A stretch of 64,000 bases of DNA from Lama glama (lineage: Eukaryota). The stretch lies in assembly GCA_028534125.1 (NCBI GenBank), contig CM052816.1, forward strand, positions 68,078,001-68,142,000, in the 5' to 3' direction. Below are positions 11,630 through 24,085 of the stretch, in pieces (within the stretch, counting starts at the first letter, position 1; each line of letters begins with the position of its first letter). Below the pieces are notes generated by a model. It worked only from the letters and a program-made list of their open reading frames with translations, did no database searches and was not told the DNA's origin. The translations under genes and the position numbers were made by a program.

Positions 11630-14079
11630 AAAACAGATACTGAAAGTTTCAGGAATGATTGGCCCTGCCAAGACTCCGAGTAGCTCCGTTCACATTTAGT
11701 GATGCAACTCATTCCAGCTCATCTTCACTTCCTCCTTCTGATTTTTATGGTTGGCAGGGTAAAAGAACACAATATTTTCATAATATTTTTGCCACAGCAA
11801 ACACTTAAGGTTACCTCACCCACACAGATGTCCATCAAAATCAAACAGAAAAGAGAATAGAGAGGGGAGGATGTGTGGTTGATTTGTTTTAAACTTGCTG
11901 CCTGATGCATGACTCAGACTTTTCTAAGATCTGGAACTGACTTTTCCATAACTGACTTTTTCAATCCTTTCTTATTGACCACTTTTTCTATTCAGAGCTG
12001 AGTTGGGGGTCAAAAGGGGGGGGGGTCCATTTAAATAAAATAATTTACATTTGAATAGGTCTCTTAATTTTTAAGTATTTTATCTCTATTAACTCTACTC
12101 CTGAATCTATATGAAGAGATAAATTGGTCAATTTAAAAATATTTCTATTAAAGGTAGAAAGCTAAGGTCCAGAGAGGTTAGGTGACTTTTCCAAGATCAC
12201 ACAGGATAGTACCTAAGCTCCAGGACCTAAAATTATCTTCTAACATTTTTCTGCCAATATTCATTTCATTGACAAAACATATTTTCAACCTTGGGGTTAC
12301 CTCCTAATAATATTTTCATAGATAATTAGGGCAATTGAAAATCAGTCTGTTTAAGATTTCTGATGGGGAAAGATGAAAATAGCAAGAACTAAGATGTTAG
12401 CACTCTTGAAATTCATATCTATCACTGCTTGTTATCATGGTTACCTTACAGGCTTATCATCTTTCTTCAGAGGCCAAAATGCCAGATAGTTCTTACATTC
12501 TCCTCATCATATTTGGGGGCTGGGGGGTGGTTGTTGAAGTGTTTTTAACCAGCAGCCCATGCAGTCAGCATATGTAATATGAGGAAATAATTCCCAAGTG
12601 CCCTGTGTAAGAGAAGAGTTGATGAAGGCATATCAATGAAGCCTTTGCTTCAGATGCCATCTTACTTTTCAAATCTATCTTAATAAATTTCTGAAACCTT
12701 AATCACTGTCATTGTGAAACTCTCATGCACAACAGGAAACTTAGTTCTCCAATTTGCCCCACCTAGCAACTTTGTGTTTTTATCTAACTTTTCATTTTTT
12801 AAAGGGTAACATGAAACCTCCTTGATTTTGGCTTCAAGGAGTAATGGTGTGGCTAGAGAATATTACATTGTCCTATTCATGCTTTACGTCCAGCTTAACA
12901 CTTTTCCTGGGTGAGATTCAGCCAGGTGCCTTGTCTGATGAAAACAGTGCTGGGCATAAGAAATGGAGATGGTACAAATAGCCTCTCTTTACAAACCAGT
13001 AGGCTAAAAAGCTTCCATATGTGTAATGTGAAGCTATTCGTTCAAAAATCACTTGCTGATTGCCAGTTTCATACTTAGCTGTGTGCGGGATTCTAGAGAT
13101 ATAAGCAATAATAAAATGCAGTCTCTGCACTCAAAGAGTTCATAGTGAGGAAGATCTCAAACTATCCAAATCCTAGAAGTGGACCTTTAGTTACAGTGTA
13201 TTTATGAAAGTCCTTTGAAACATATAAAAATGCTAGCCAAATACTAAGGCATTTTAAATACTATAATGAATGGAAAACAACCATGAAACAGTTTTTAAAA
13301 TCTCTTTAATAGCCAATAACTTATTTTCTGGTCTTTTTTTCCTTAATCCTATCTAAATGAGGTTTCAGATTACAGAGATTCTATGAGGTTTTACCCAGCG
13401 GAAGGATGGTCACCTTGAATTGTTAGAGTACTACCAGAGAGTAGCATACAGTTTCTGGAACATAACATACACTCAAAATTTTTTGTTGAATGAATGAAGG
13501 AAGGAATTTGATTAATAAACAGGTGTGATGGGATACAGGAAGGCAGGCTATAGCAATGGAGTTTCATTGACTATAAATATGCATGGCAGAGGTTTCCTGC
13601 TTTCCTGAGGCTATAATCTCATGAACCCATTCTGATTGCTCCAGATGTGTTATGTATCAAGCAGAGACTTTATGGTACAGATTGGGAGCTTGCTAACCCC
13701 TCAGGCCTGGTAAAAGACAACTCTTCCATCTGAACTTCTTTTAGGGGATACACTTCTAGTTTTTTCTTCCCTCTTTCCTTTTTTAAAAAAATTGTGAAAT
13801 CTTGATGCCTAATTCAATATACTTTCCCTTGTGTGTGGTTATGCAGCTACTTCAGGGGCATGGTGATATTTAACTAGTTCAATAAATCAATCTGGAGGAA
13901 TATCATCTTATTTTGGCAAAAGAAGAAAGGTGAGAATGAAAATGAGTCCTAGGGATATTGATGCTAAGAGGGGCCTCAAGAAAGGTTGGATTTAAAATGT
14001 GATGACCATTTCTGAGGAATTTAGTTCTAGACACAGAGCTCCTTCTTTGGGCATACTTCTGGAGTCTCCACTAGATTAG

Positions 14080-14290
14080 TTGTAGTCATTACTGGGTATC
14101 AGTCTCCTAAATTCTAGAGATATATGGAAAGATTAGATAAATTCAGAAAATAGCCATTAAAACAGTGGAATCCCAGGAGGGATAAGAACTGAGTCTGAGA
14201 AAACATTTCTACTTTTACAAATTTAGATAATCAAGGACGGATAAAGAACAAAACTATTTTAAAGATCTGAAAAGATTAAATGCTTTGAAA
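14080..14290 (+). mobile_element. Possible L3/CR1 relic
   Basis: agagatatatggaaagattagataaattcagaaaatagccattaaaacagtgg loosely resembles the CR1 3' ORF; very diverged. Confidence 0.3.
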
Positions 14291-17200
14291 AGAGGGTTAA
14301 GATATATCTTAAGATTTAAAAGTTCCCCAAAGCTGGTAGATAATAAAAGGAAGAGTGAGTTGACAGTGACAGGCAAGGCAAAATTCAAATTGAATTGCAG
14401 TCTCTAGCTCCCAAGAATGGGCCTCACAGAAACTCCATAGCACACTGATTTTGAAATGATGCAAACAATGGACATTCCTGAGAAGCAGGCACTAACTGGC
14501 CCTCCGATAAGATGTGGGAGCCAAGGCCCAGGCCAGTGTTCTAGTTGTGCAGTCTACTTCTCTCTGAAACCAAATGGGGTGGGGGGTAGTGGGAAGGTTA
14601 GAGGCAACAACTGGAAGAACTCTGTCTGTAGATAGACCACCTGCCCAGACTCACATCAGAATGCTGTGGCTTGGTTACGGCTCCCCTCTCTACTACTGTG
14701 GGCAAAGTTCATCATTCTCAGGGGCCTTACTTCTCTCTGTGGTAAATGAGGGTTCTGATTACAGTTCTTGTCTCAGTCTTGGGTGATGGCATCCTGTCAG
14801 CAACCTAGGACATGGTGATGCTCAATAAACAGGAGTTATTTAATATTGATGCAGCTGCTGCCACAACTCAGTAAGATATTGGTAATCAACACTGCATTCC
14901 TGTGGGTTTGAAGATGGTCAGCTTTAATAGCAGGAGAGTAAATCAGAGTGTCTCAGCAACTGCAGGGCATCAAAGGCTCTCCAGTAGTGCTGCTAGCAGA
15001 GATCTATAGTGAGCCAGCCACAAGTGAAAGGCAACTGACCTTCCTCACTGAAGAACTGCTTCTGGTCGGAGAACCTAGTGTAAGTAGTCAGGTGAAGTGT
15101 CTCATGGAGAAACTAGGAATGACACCCTTCTTTTATAGTCAAAATATCAGCAGCAACTTTCTTGGAAGACTATATGGTAGGTCCCTTGTGGGCAGAGCAT
15201 TCTGGAGCAGGGAATCCTGTACGCTGAAGGTGATTCTTAATGAACAAAGAAACCATAGGATTCTAAAATGTGATTATTCCAAAATAAACCAATATCACCA
15301 AACATACTGAGGTTTCTTAAAGGGATGCTTGAAAGAATCTGACATAGGAAACAGAATTTTTCTTTGCTAGGAGCAGCAGCCTATTATTTAAAAATGGAAA
15401 ACAGCCTTTAGTCATGTTTCTTTGTCTGCAGCTCTGGATTCAAACTCTGTGTGGCATTAGGGATCATCACTACTTAAGCCTACTACACTTTCTTAAGCTC
15501 TTTTTCTACCATCTTTAAATGCCTGAACTGAGTTTCCTTAATCAGATCTCCCACTGTTCAACATCTGACCTTGGCTCATGCTTTTCCTCTACCTACAAAG
15601 TCCCTCCCTTTGTCATCATAAGTCAACATCCAACCCATCCATGTCCAGCTCACATACCACTGTGTCCCCAAAATGTAATCTTGTACACCAGCCTGAAGGG
15701 ACTGCTGCTTTCCCGGTGCCCTCTAAGCTTTTCATCTGTAGCTCTTCCATTGGGGTCCATTTTCCCCTTTGTATTACAATTATTTGACTAAATATAAAAG
15801 GCAGCTTTTTTCCTACATTATAAATTCTCTGAAGTCAAAGTTCACTTTTCATGCATCCTTAACTCAATTCAGTGAATGTTTATTAAACACCTACTGTGTG
15901 CCAGGCACTTGGCTGGTGCTTTGCCTCCTTCATAAGACCTATTAGTTCCTGCTATATGGTTACTAAATGGATGAACAAGTGAGATACTTGACCAATTCTC
16001 AGCCTTTTTCCTTTGGCCCTTTTTCTGTTATCTTCCAAATGGTCCCTACGAAAAATCAGTTGTACTGCAGAACACACACGTGCACGCACACATGCACACA
16101 CACACGTGCATACACACTATTACGCCATGCCTCACCCCAATTAAAGAAGCAATACCGTAGTTGAACTGGCTACAGCCTAAAGATGATCAAGATCTGCTAA
16201 AATAGAAATTTGAACCACATTAAAAGTGTATCTTTATGTCCTTTTACTAAGGGATATTATTTGGTTATTGCCTCTCTAAATTGTAGGCTCCTTTCAGGTG
16301 GAAACTAATTTATACCTTTCCATCTGGTGTCTTGTATACAGTAGGAACTTAATAATCTTTTTTGGGGGGTATGTATGGCAAATTCAAATTTGTGTTATGC
16401 AGTAATTTCACACTATAAGAAATGTCCTGTGTTCTATAAAAGAGAATTGGAAATAGGACATTTGAAGAGTTTAATTCAATTCTGCCATAGATCTTTTGAA
16501 GTAATTGGTGTTGGTTTCTGTTGGCTGATTTCAGGTTAATTTTAAGAAAAAAGTAATTCAGATATTTTAAGACTCCCATAATAATAAAATCTTATATAGC
16601 TTAAACACTGAAAATAGCTAGCTAAGCCTCACCAAAAGAAAATTGTATTTGCTCCTATACTTGATGCCTCTCTGTGAGGTCTTAATTTTTCATTTTTTAA
16701 AAAGGATGATGCCATGAAAGTCCAAAGCAGCTGAAATGAATTATGAGTCCTTTTGAAGCAGGGGGAGGGGAAAAAAATCTTTCCCCAGGGATACATTTTT
16801 CTTAAGTTCCTCTTTGTATTTGAAATGCTTCCTGACTTGACAGCTTACAAGAATTTCATAATCACATGGAGACCATTTCTGCAGAATAGTGGAAGAACAT
16901 TTCTTGCAAATTAGAAAATTATTTGGTTCTGTTGCTAACCCTATTCAGGTCTTGCTCAGTGGTTTAGAAGTGCTAGTTCCTCTAGGTTATCTCTTTCTGA
17001 TGTTCCTGTGCATGGACATGGGTAAATTACATTGTATAAAATTATGGATGCTAATTACAAGATTTGGGGTCCCTAATATTACCAGAGATACATCATAATC
17101 TAGGTATTTGTTAATCAGTAAATTAAAACTGTGATACCAAGTTAGACTTCTAAGAGTTGTCTAGTTACAATTTTAAAAAGTTAAAAACATATCTCATACA

Positions 17201-20200
17201 AATATACACATTGTGAGCCTGTTTTGAAGATTTATTAAACTTGCTAATGATAGAAACAGAGAAATGACAAAGCTGACCCAAAGTGGAATGAGAACTGATT
17301 TATGGAAAGAAAAATTCTGAAATAAGATTGCAAATTTAGACACCAAAGTGGTTAATGTCCTATAGAACAATAAAGCCATAACCACAGGTGTTACCTTTTT
17401 TCTAGACAAAAATCATTTGCATTGTATCAGTTTTCTATAATATCTAACTATAGAGTCTGGGCCCTAATTATTATGACATTGTTACCTTCGTTAGAGTGTG
17501 GGATAACTCTTAGGCAAGCATTTTAAAAAGACACACAGTAATCTTTTTTATTTCAGTAATGGATAAGTTTTCTTAATGAATCTTAGAGAAAGATGCAGAA
17601 GAGCCCAGAATTTTCTAGCAAGAGTCCTGTTGTATTTCTGTTTTTATTAAGCTGGCTTAGCTGGCATTTTAATTTTCATGGTTGAAACTCAGGAAAAGAT
17701 AATAAAAATAGGAAAACTTTGTGGAGAATTCCCTAATTTCACAGAAGCTGCCTAAATGTAGATCTTAACACAAAGTCAACCAACCTAAGATTAATGAGGA
17801 AATTGAACCCAGCCACCCTCATAGCCCTGTGCTCACTCAGATATCCTTCCAGTGACATCACTTACTATTACTTGGAGTCTAGAAGTCCTGCCTTGCTAGC
17901 TCACTCCCTCTGCAGTGTTTCTCCATCCATTCATGCCCTTATCACAATGCAGGCTCCAGTGCTCCCAGCCCCTTCTTCCAGGACCCAGTCAACCTGATTC
18001 TTCTGAATTATCCTTACTGCATATTCTGACCCTGTTTTGCTGTTTCTCCCTCATTTTGAGGATGTATTATACTGCATTATGGCCAGTATAAATCAATACT
18101 TTTTGACTTGGTGTGTTTTGAACACTTACTTTGTACAAAACCCAGTCATAGTTCTTTTATCTCTTTATTTCTCTATTCAGACAGGGATTGACCTGATTGT
18201 CACAGATATATTCCCAGGACCTTAAATTCTTAAAGCCTGCTAGTGCTTTCATGGTCTGTAAGTGGGGCAGACTATGCTGGTCCCTTCAAACTAAAGATTA
18301 GATATGAGCCTCTTCTCAAGGGGCTTAAAACAAATAGGATGAAGGAAAATAGAAAAGTCAGAACTGACCCACCTTTGTTTTTTTTTTAGCCTGTGCTAAG
18401 GTACATGCGTTCAAGTCACTGACAGAGAGAAGGCTTAAGCCCAGGGTGTGTTCACAGAGCAGCAACTAATCAGTGGCCATGGATGGGGGTGGGCTTTATT
18501 GGGGTGGGTAACTTTTCACACTCCTTCTTTTTCAACACTGAATTATTCTCAAGATATCAGTCAGTTTCTTAATAAATTTCCAGTGGTTTTACATCCCACA
18601 AATTCCTGTAGCGTTCACTGCATGGAGCAGCCAGTTGGTACTGTGCACACATGACGTGCTGTCCAAATTCTCTGTTGCAAGCATGAATCATAGCTCTTGG
18701 TTGCATCTTGTACTTCTTTTTATACAATAACCTTCACAGATTTATGTTAGAGCTCAATACAAATTGTTTATTAATTTAAGGCTAGGACTGGGCTATGATA
18801 TTAGGAAGAGAAGGACAAGGTTTGGAAAAATAATGAAGCAAAGGCAGAGAGCTAGAGTATGTGGAGGATGTTAGGAGTGACTGTGTGGAATGTTGAAGGG
18901 ATTCACTAAGAAGAAAAGAGAGATGTGGAGAAGGGTGGAAGGGAAGCTTTAAAGGGATCACATGAGCTTGGGAGAAATGTTTAGACTTTATTTGATCTTA
19001 CAGTGCCTGGTACTATGTTAATGAACTCTTAGTGGTGTTTAATGAAGAAGCAAATAAGTAAGTGAATAAATGAATTAAATGTTCTTTTAATCTAGCCTTC
19101 CCCCAAGTTCACGATGATTTCCACCCTGAGATTTAATGTTGTGCCTCTTCTATCATGCTCATTCTCTCTCCTCTCCCTCAACCCCCTCTCTGTTGGTTTT
19201 AATTTATTTCCGTCTTGCTTTAGAGAATGTTATAATCTCTCTTCATGTATTCATCCGACAGTAAGTCAATGTGTCTTGCTGTTAAACAGCATAATAGACA
19301 AATTTCACCATTAAAATTACATAAGCATGTGGTTAACTAACAGATTGATTGCTTTTCTTTTGATCTAGCATAATATGTGTACTAAGTCCTTAGAAAATAC
19401 TCTCTGGGTCCCCAAACTGTAAAGCCCAGCACTCAGGGCTAACCTAAACTGGCAATCTGATTAATCACGTTACCTTATAGGAAAGACATAGCCAAAACAT
19501 TGATTAGTTCCCTTTATCCCAAAGATTAGTTTAAAATTAAAATAATTAAAATAACTAAGTCAGAAAATGTTTCTAGTTAGTTGAGAAAAATATTTTTTTT
19601 TAAATATAGTTTTTTAAAATAAAAGAATGTGACAGATTGTTTTCCCCAAGTTTACTAGAGCATTCACATACCTAAACTTCTAAGACAAGATCTATACTTT
19701 GAGGAAAAGTTCCAAAATATTTCAAAATAGGAGTTAAACTACATAAAAATGGGCAAGTGTGAAAATGCCTATGCAATTGTTTGAAAGTACAATTCAAAAT
19801 TTGTGATCCATGGCATGGTGATTTTTTAAAATGACCCAGATGAAGCACATTATTCAGTCAATTAAGGATGTAAAGAGGCCTGCTCCAGATCCTTTGAGCT
19901 CCTGTCTATAAAGTTTACATTTTAATTGGTCAAAGTCAGCCTAGTGCACACTTCTAGGAAGCCTGACTAGTGAAGTGTCTTTGATGAAATGTTTCCTTAG
20001 ACACCTGGAACAATGCAGAATATGTAGAAGGCCCTTGATAAAAATCACGGGAAAACTGAATAAATATGATTCAAACATGGGGAAGTAGTGGAAATAAGAT
20101 TGCCAGGCACTGTATGTGGAGTTGGGCAGGCAGTCCTACACCCTTGCTCTGCTGGTGCCCTCTATTCTCTCATAATCTACCATGAGTGGTTAGCAATTCT

Positions 20201-21649
20201 TACATGTGGGCAAACCATTTCCTACCCCACTTTGCAGGATCACTGAAGTCAGGGCCACATTCAGGTCTCCTCTCATTTCTGGCCATGCCCAGCAAGGCAG
20301 GGAGGAGAGCTGGCACCCCTGCATTGCCAGGTTCGATTCTGCCCCTAGCCAGCTGTTGGCCACCCATCCTGAGTCTCTCTGTGGTCCTGTGATGGGGGCT
20401 GAAATGAAGAAAGAGTCCAGGAAAGGGAGGAAGAAAAGGTGGGGGTAAAGTGTGGTGTAAAATGAGAGGAAGCAAAAAGGTCAGGATAGGCGGGCTGAGG
20501 GGGAAAAAATTACCTGAGCCATTAAAATACAGCAAAATGAAAGTTTGAATTTAAAATTTTTATTCAGCATTTCAGAAAACATGTTTTGGGAGCAACTGTT
20601 CTTCCAGAGGTGAAAGGGGCAACTCACATTAGAAGTCTCTTTCTTAGTAAGATGAGTTCATAGATCCCTTTAAAACAAATCTGGCCAATATGGGTTAGTA
20701 ATGTAATCTTGCAGCCAGAAAACAACCACCACAACCACAAACCCGTACAAAACACACCAGGAGCATGATATATTTCCATCTACCCATCCTTCTAGCCCCC
20801 TTGCGTGACAGAGCAACCAGCTGCCTGGAGGAGAGGACTCTGGGGACTGAGTAAATTCTTCCCTTATCCCCAAGGACAGCATCACATGGGCGGGGGCAGG
20901 AGGTGGGGGCGCTTGCTGTATTTTCAAGCTCTGCAATGCTCATCTGGTCCAGCTCTTTGGCAAAGAGAAGGACACCAACCGGGACCTTGCAGTCCCTCGA
21001 CTCAGCACAAAGCTTCCTTAGATTAGTGCCCAAACTAATTTTTATGACATGTCATTCCAGTAAGGGCACTGCTGCATTTCACAGATGGGCTTCCCCCAGA
21101 TAGGGACTGTTGATTGGCTGAGTTGGGATCTGGCTGGATTAGGGAAATTTAAGCTGACAGCTGGTCTTTTTGCATGAGAGCATAAAGCCCTTGTTGTTGG
21201 AGGAAGCAATGGGGGCTGGTCAGACCCCCTGGCCAAATAGGAGGGTTGCTCTTTACAGTGACCAACACTTCCCAAGCTCAGATGACTTTTTAAAAATAAG
21301 GATTGTGCAAATACAGTTACACTGTACATGCCCAGATGATCTCAGGGCCTGCCTACAAGACCAGGGCAGACAAGAAAACAGCCCAGTGGAGCGTGATGAG
21401 GGAACACAGAAATAATCTAAAGAAGCTCACTTCTAGTGGAAATCTCTGAAGTCCTAATCACAAGGAACCTGGCTTCCCTAGAGCAATGAGTCACCTCTGA
21501 GTTTTTGCTGGAAGATTAGTTCACATTATCAGTGTGTATTGAGCAGAGATTTAAAAGGTTTATTTGCCCAAGGGAAGACCTGGAAGTATTCAGGAATAAA
21601 AATACTAATACAAGGACGTGTGTGTATGTGTGCACGTGTGTGCATGTGT

Positions 21650-21790
21650 GTGAGCATGTGCCAGGCATTGCATTAAGTGCTTAACACGCATTAACTCATC
21701 CAATCCTCACAGCCACCCTATGAGATGGGTACCATTATTATCCTCTTTTTATGGAGGAGAAAACAGGCTTAGAGAGATTAGGTAGCCTCT
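21650..21790 (-). mobile_element. MIR SINE
   Basis: gtgccaggcattgcattaagtgctt...aatcctcacagccaccctatgagatgggtaccattattatcctc...gagaaaacaggcttagagag. Confidence 0.9.
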
Positions 21791-21813
21791 GAGAGCCTAA
21801 CCTGCATAAATAA

Positions 21814-22494
21814 CAGTGTTTTCCAGACTACAAGTCACAATCCATTAAAGATTATAAAGTCCATTTAGTTAGTGGCCACTAGGCTTTAGAAAAACAGAAC
21901 AGAAAAAAAAAATCAGTGGACTACATATAGTAAAATTACAAATTGTTTCATTATCCTCTAAATTTAGTTGTATGCGTGCTACATGTTGTCAGTTGCAGTA
22001 TAAAATGTAGTAGCCTGACATCTAACATATAGATTAGTTTTGCCTGTTTTTAAACTTTGTATTAATGAAATGATGTAGCATGTATTCTTTTGTGTCTTTT
22101 GTGTATGGCTTTTTTTTTTTGTACTCAGCATTATTTTTGAGAGAACCATCCATGTAGCCTTAGTTTGCTCATTGTATTGTATACAATCAACATATTGTAT
22201 ATTGTATGACCACACATGCCTTTTTAAACTAGTTTCCTGTGGATGGTATTTGGGTTGTTTCCACTTTTTAACTATTACAGGTAATACTGCTATGAACTTT
22301 GCAGTATGTGTTTTTTTGGTAGACATACATATACATCCCCATTGGGTATATACCTAGGAGTGGAATGGCTGGGTCATTGGGTACAACATAAGTTCAACCT
22401 TTGTAGATACCACCAAACAGATTTTTCAAAGTTGTACCAATTTAAATGTTTTTCTTCCAGTAGATTGTGGTCAAAGAAGTTTGAAAACTACCGA
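21814..22494. mobile_element. hAT-Charlie DNA element (Charlie4a/MER80-like) split by an L1 fragment
   Basis: Left end cagtgttttccagact (21814) and right end agtttgaaaactaccg (22494) form degenerate terminal inverted repeats (TIRs), with an L1 fragment in between. Confidence 0.5.
22030..22450 (-). mobile_element. Old L1 3' fragment (L1ME/L1MC-like)
   Basis: gggtatatacctaggagtggaatggctgggtca; the minus ORF reads KFIAVLPVIVKKWKQPKY (degenerate ORF2 end). Confidence 0.85.
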
Positions 22495-23611
22495 TTTGTG
22501 ATTTCTATGGGAAAATGCTTCCTTCAGGGTACAGATACTGAAATGTTTATGTATACATACGCCTACCCCCGATCCTCTTTTCCTTCTTGCTTTGACCTTC
22601 CATCTGTGAACCTGAGCAAGGCTGAGAAAGTGGGGTGTAGGGGGAAAGACTGCAGTTTCTGAAACAACTTCAGAGCAGGAATATGCCTGCTGCATGTGAA
22701 ATAGCTGGCTGCCCAGTAACAGGTTCTGTTCTCTATGACTGGAAGGAACCCTTGACAGCTTTGTGACACCCCCCCACCCACTAGTCAACTCTTGGCCACC
22801 CAGGACACTAGGGAGACCACTGGCTAGCCTTCAGAAGCCCACCTGGTCCATTAGAGCATCTGCTTCCCTGCAGCCCTTTCCTTTCCTTCCAGAGGCAAAA
22901 CCTTAGGCAGAAGAGACAACCATCTGCAGTCCACCTGGAAGGCAGAGCAGTGAGTGGGTTTTTCGTGGCATTTATTAATGAAAGAGGTAGGAGCCTGCAG
23001 CCCCAGAGAAGACTATCTTCAGAAAGAGGGAAAGACAGAGAAAGCTCATATAACTCCCGCAGCCTAAGGAACTGAGGTCTGGAGACTGCCTCTCTGCTTT
23101 TTTCATGCCATCAGTGATGAGCACAGGGAACTCTGTCCAGAATAGCCTCCCACTGGCACAGGGACACCCCATGACATGCCTCCTGGGCTCTCACTTCCCT
23201 CCTGATAGAAGCACCTAGGGTGGGCCCACCTTACTTCACTAAGTGCCCACACTCGAGAACTGCCTGTGGGGGCAGTCTCTCCCATGTCCCTGTCTTCTAT
23301 CTAGAATCTTCTCAGTGAGACTGTAGAGAACTTGAGAAGGAGATGCAGGGCCATGGTGCGTGGTGTGGAGCTTGTGGCCTGAGGGGACAAATGTGGGCTG
23401 TTTCTGTCAACTTGAGTCATCCCAGAGCTGGCCCTCATTCTGACATCCACAGTAACATGGACTAGGTCTGATTCTTCCAGTTCTCCCAGAAACTACACAC
23501 TGATCCTCTTCTGAGCCACTGCACTTAGAAGCTGCCTCCAACTGAAGACAAGGGTAATAAAACTGCAGGGCAGGGCACATCATCAGTATTAAAATGAGAA
23601 TATTTAGAATA

Positions 23612-23927
23612 TTAGTTGATATAAGATTGGTAGACCCCAGCCACATGTGGCGTCAAGCCCTTGAAACATGGCTAGTCCAAACTGAGATGTATGGTTAAGT
23701 GTAAAATACACAGTGTGTTTCAAAGAATTAGTTTTAAAATGCCAAATAACTCATTAATGATTTTTGTATTGTTACATGTTGAAACGATAGTATTTGGGAT
23801 ACATGGAACTAAAGAAAATATATTATTAAGACTAATTTCATCTATTTCAGTCTACTTTTTTAATGTGGCTACAGATTATTTAAAATTACATATTTGCCTC
23901 ATATTATATTCCTTTTGCATAATGCTG
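23612..23927 (-). mobile_element. MER33 (hAT-Charlie MITE)
   Basis: gccacatgtggc...ttgaaacatggctagtccaaactgagatgt...taagtgtaaaatacac...tttttaatgtggctac...aaaattacatat. Confidence 0.8.
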
Positions 23928-24085
23928 CTCTAAAGTCAGACCACCTGGGCTCAAGGTAATTGTTTAATTTCTTTGGGTCTCAGTTCCCTCCTCTGTACAA
24001 TAGGAGTATTTATGTACCTCCCAGATGTTGTTGTTAGGAATAAATGTGTTCATGTACATAAAGTGTGGAAAACAGTGCCTAGCAT
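23928..24085 (+). mobile_element. MIR SINE
   Basis: gtcagaccacctgggctcaa...tctcagttccctcctctgtacaatagga...aaagtgtggaaaacagtgcctagca. Confidence 0.85.

Noticed and set aside
14576..14598. G-run cluster (possible G-quadruplex)
   Set aside because: Marginal pattern with no promoter or CpG context.
14948..15310. 120-aa ORF
   Set aside because: GTG start, no recognisable homology and no convincing splice-site pair.
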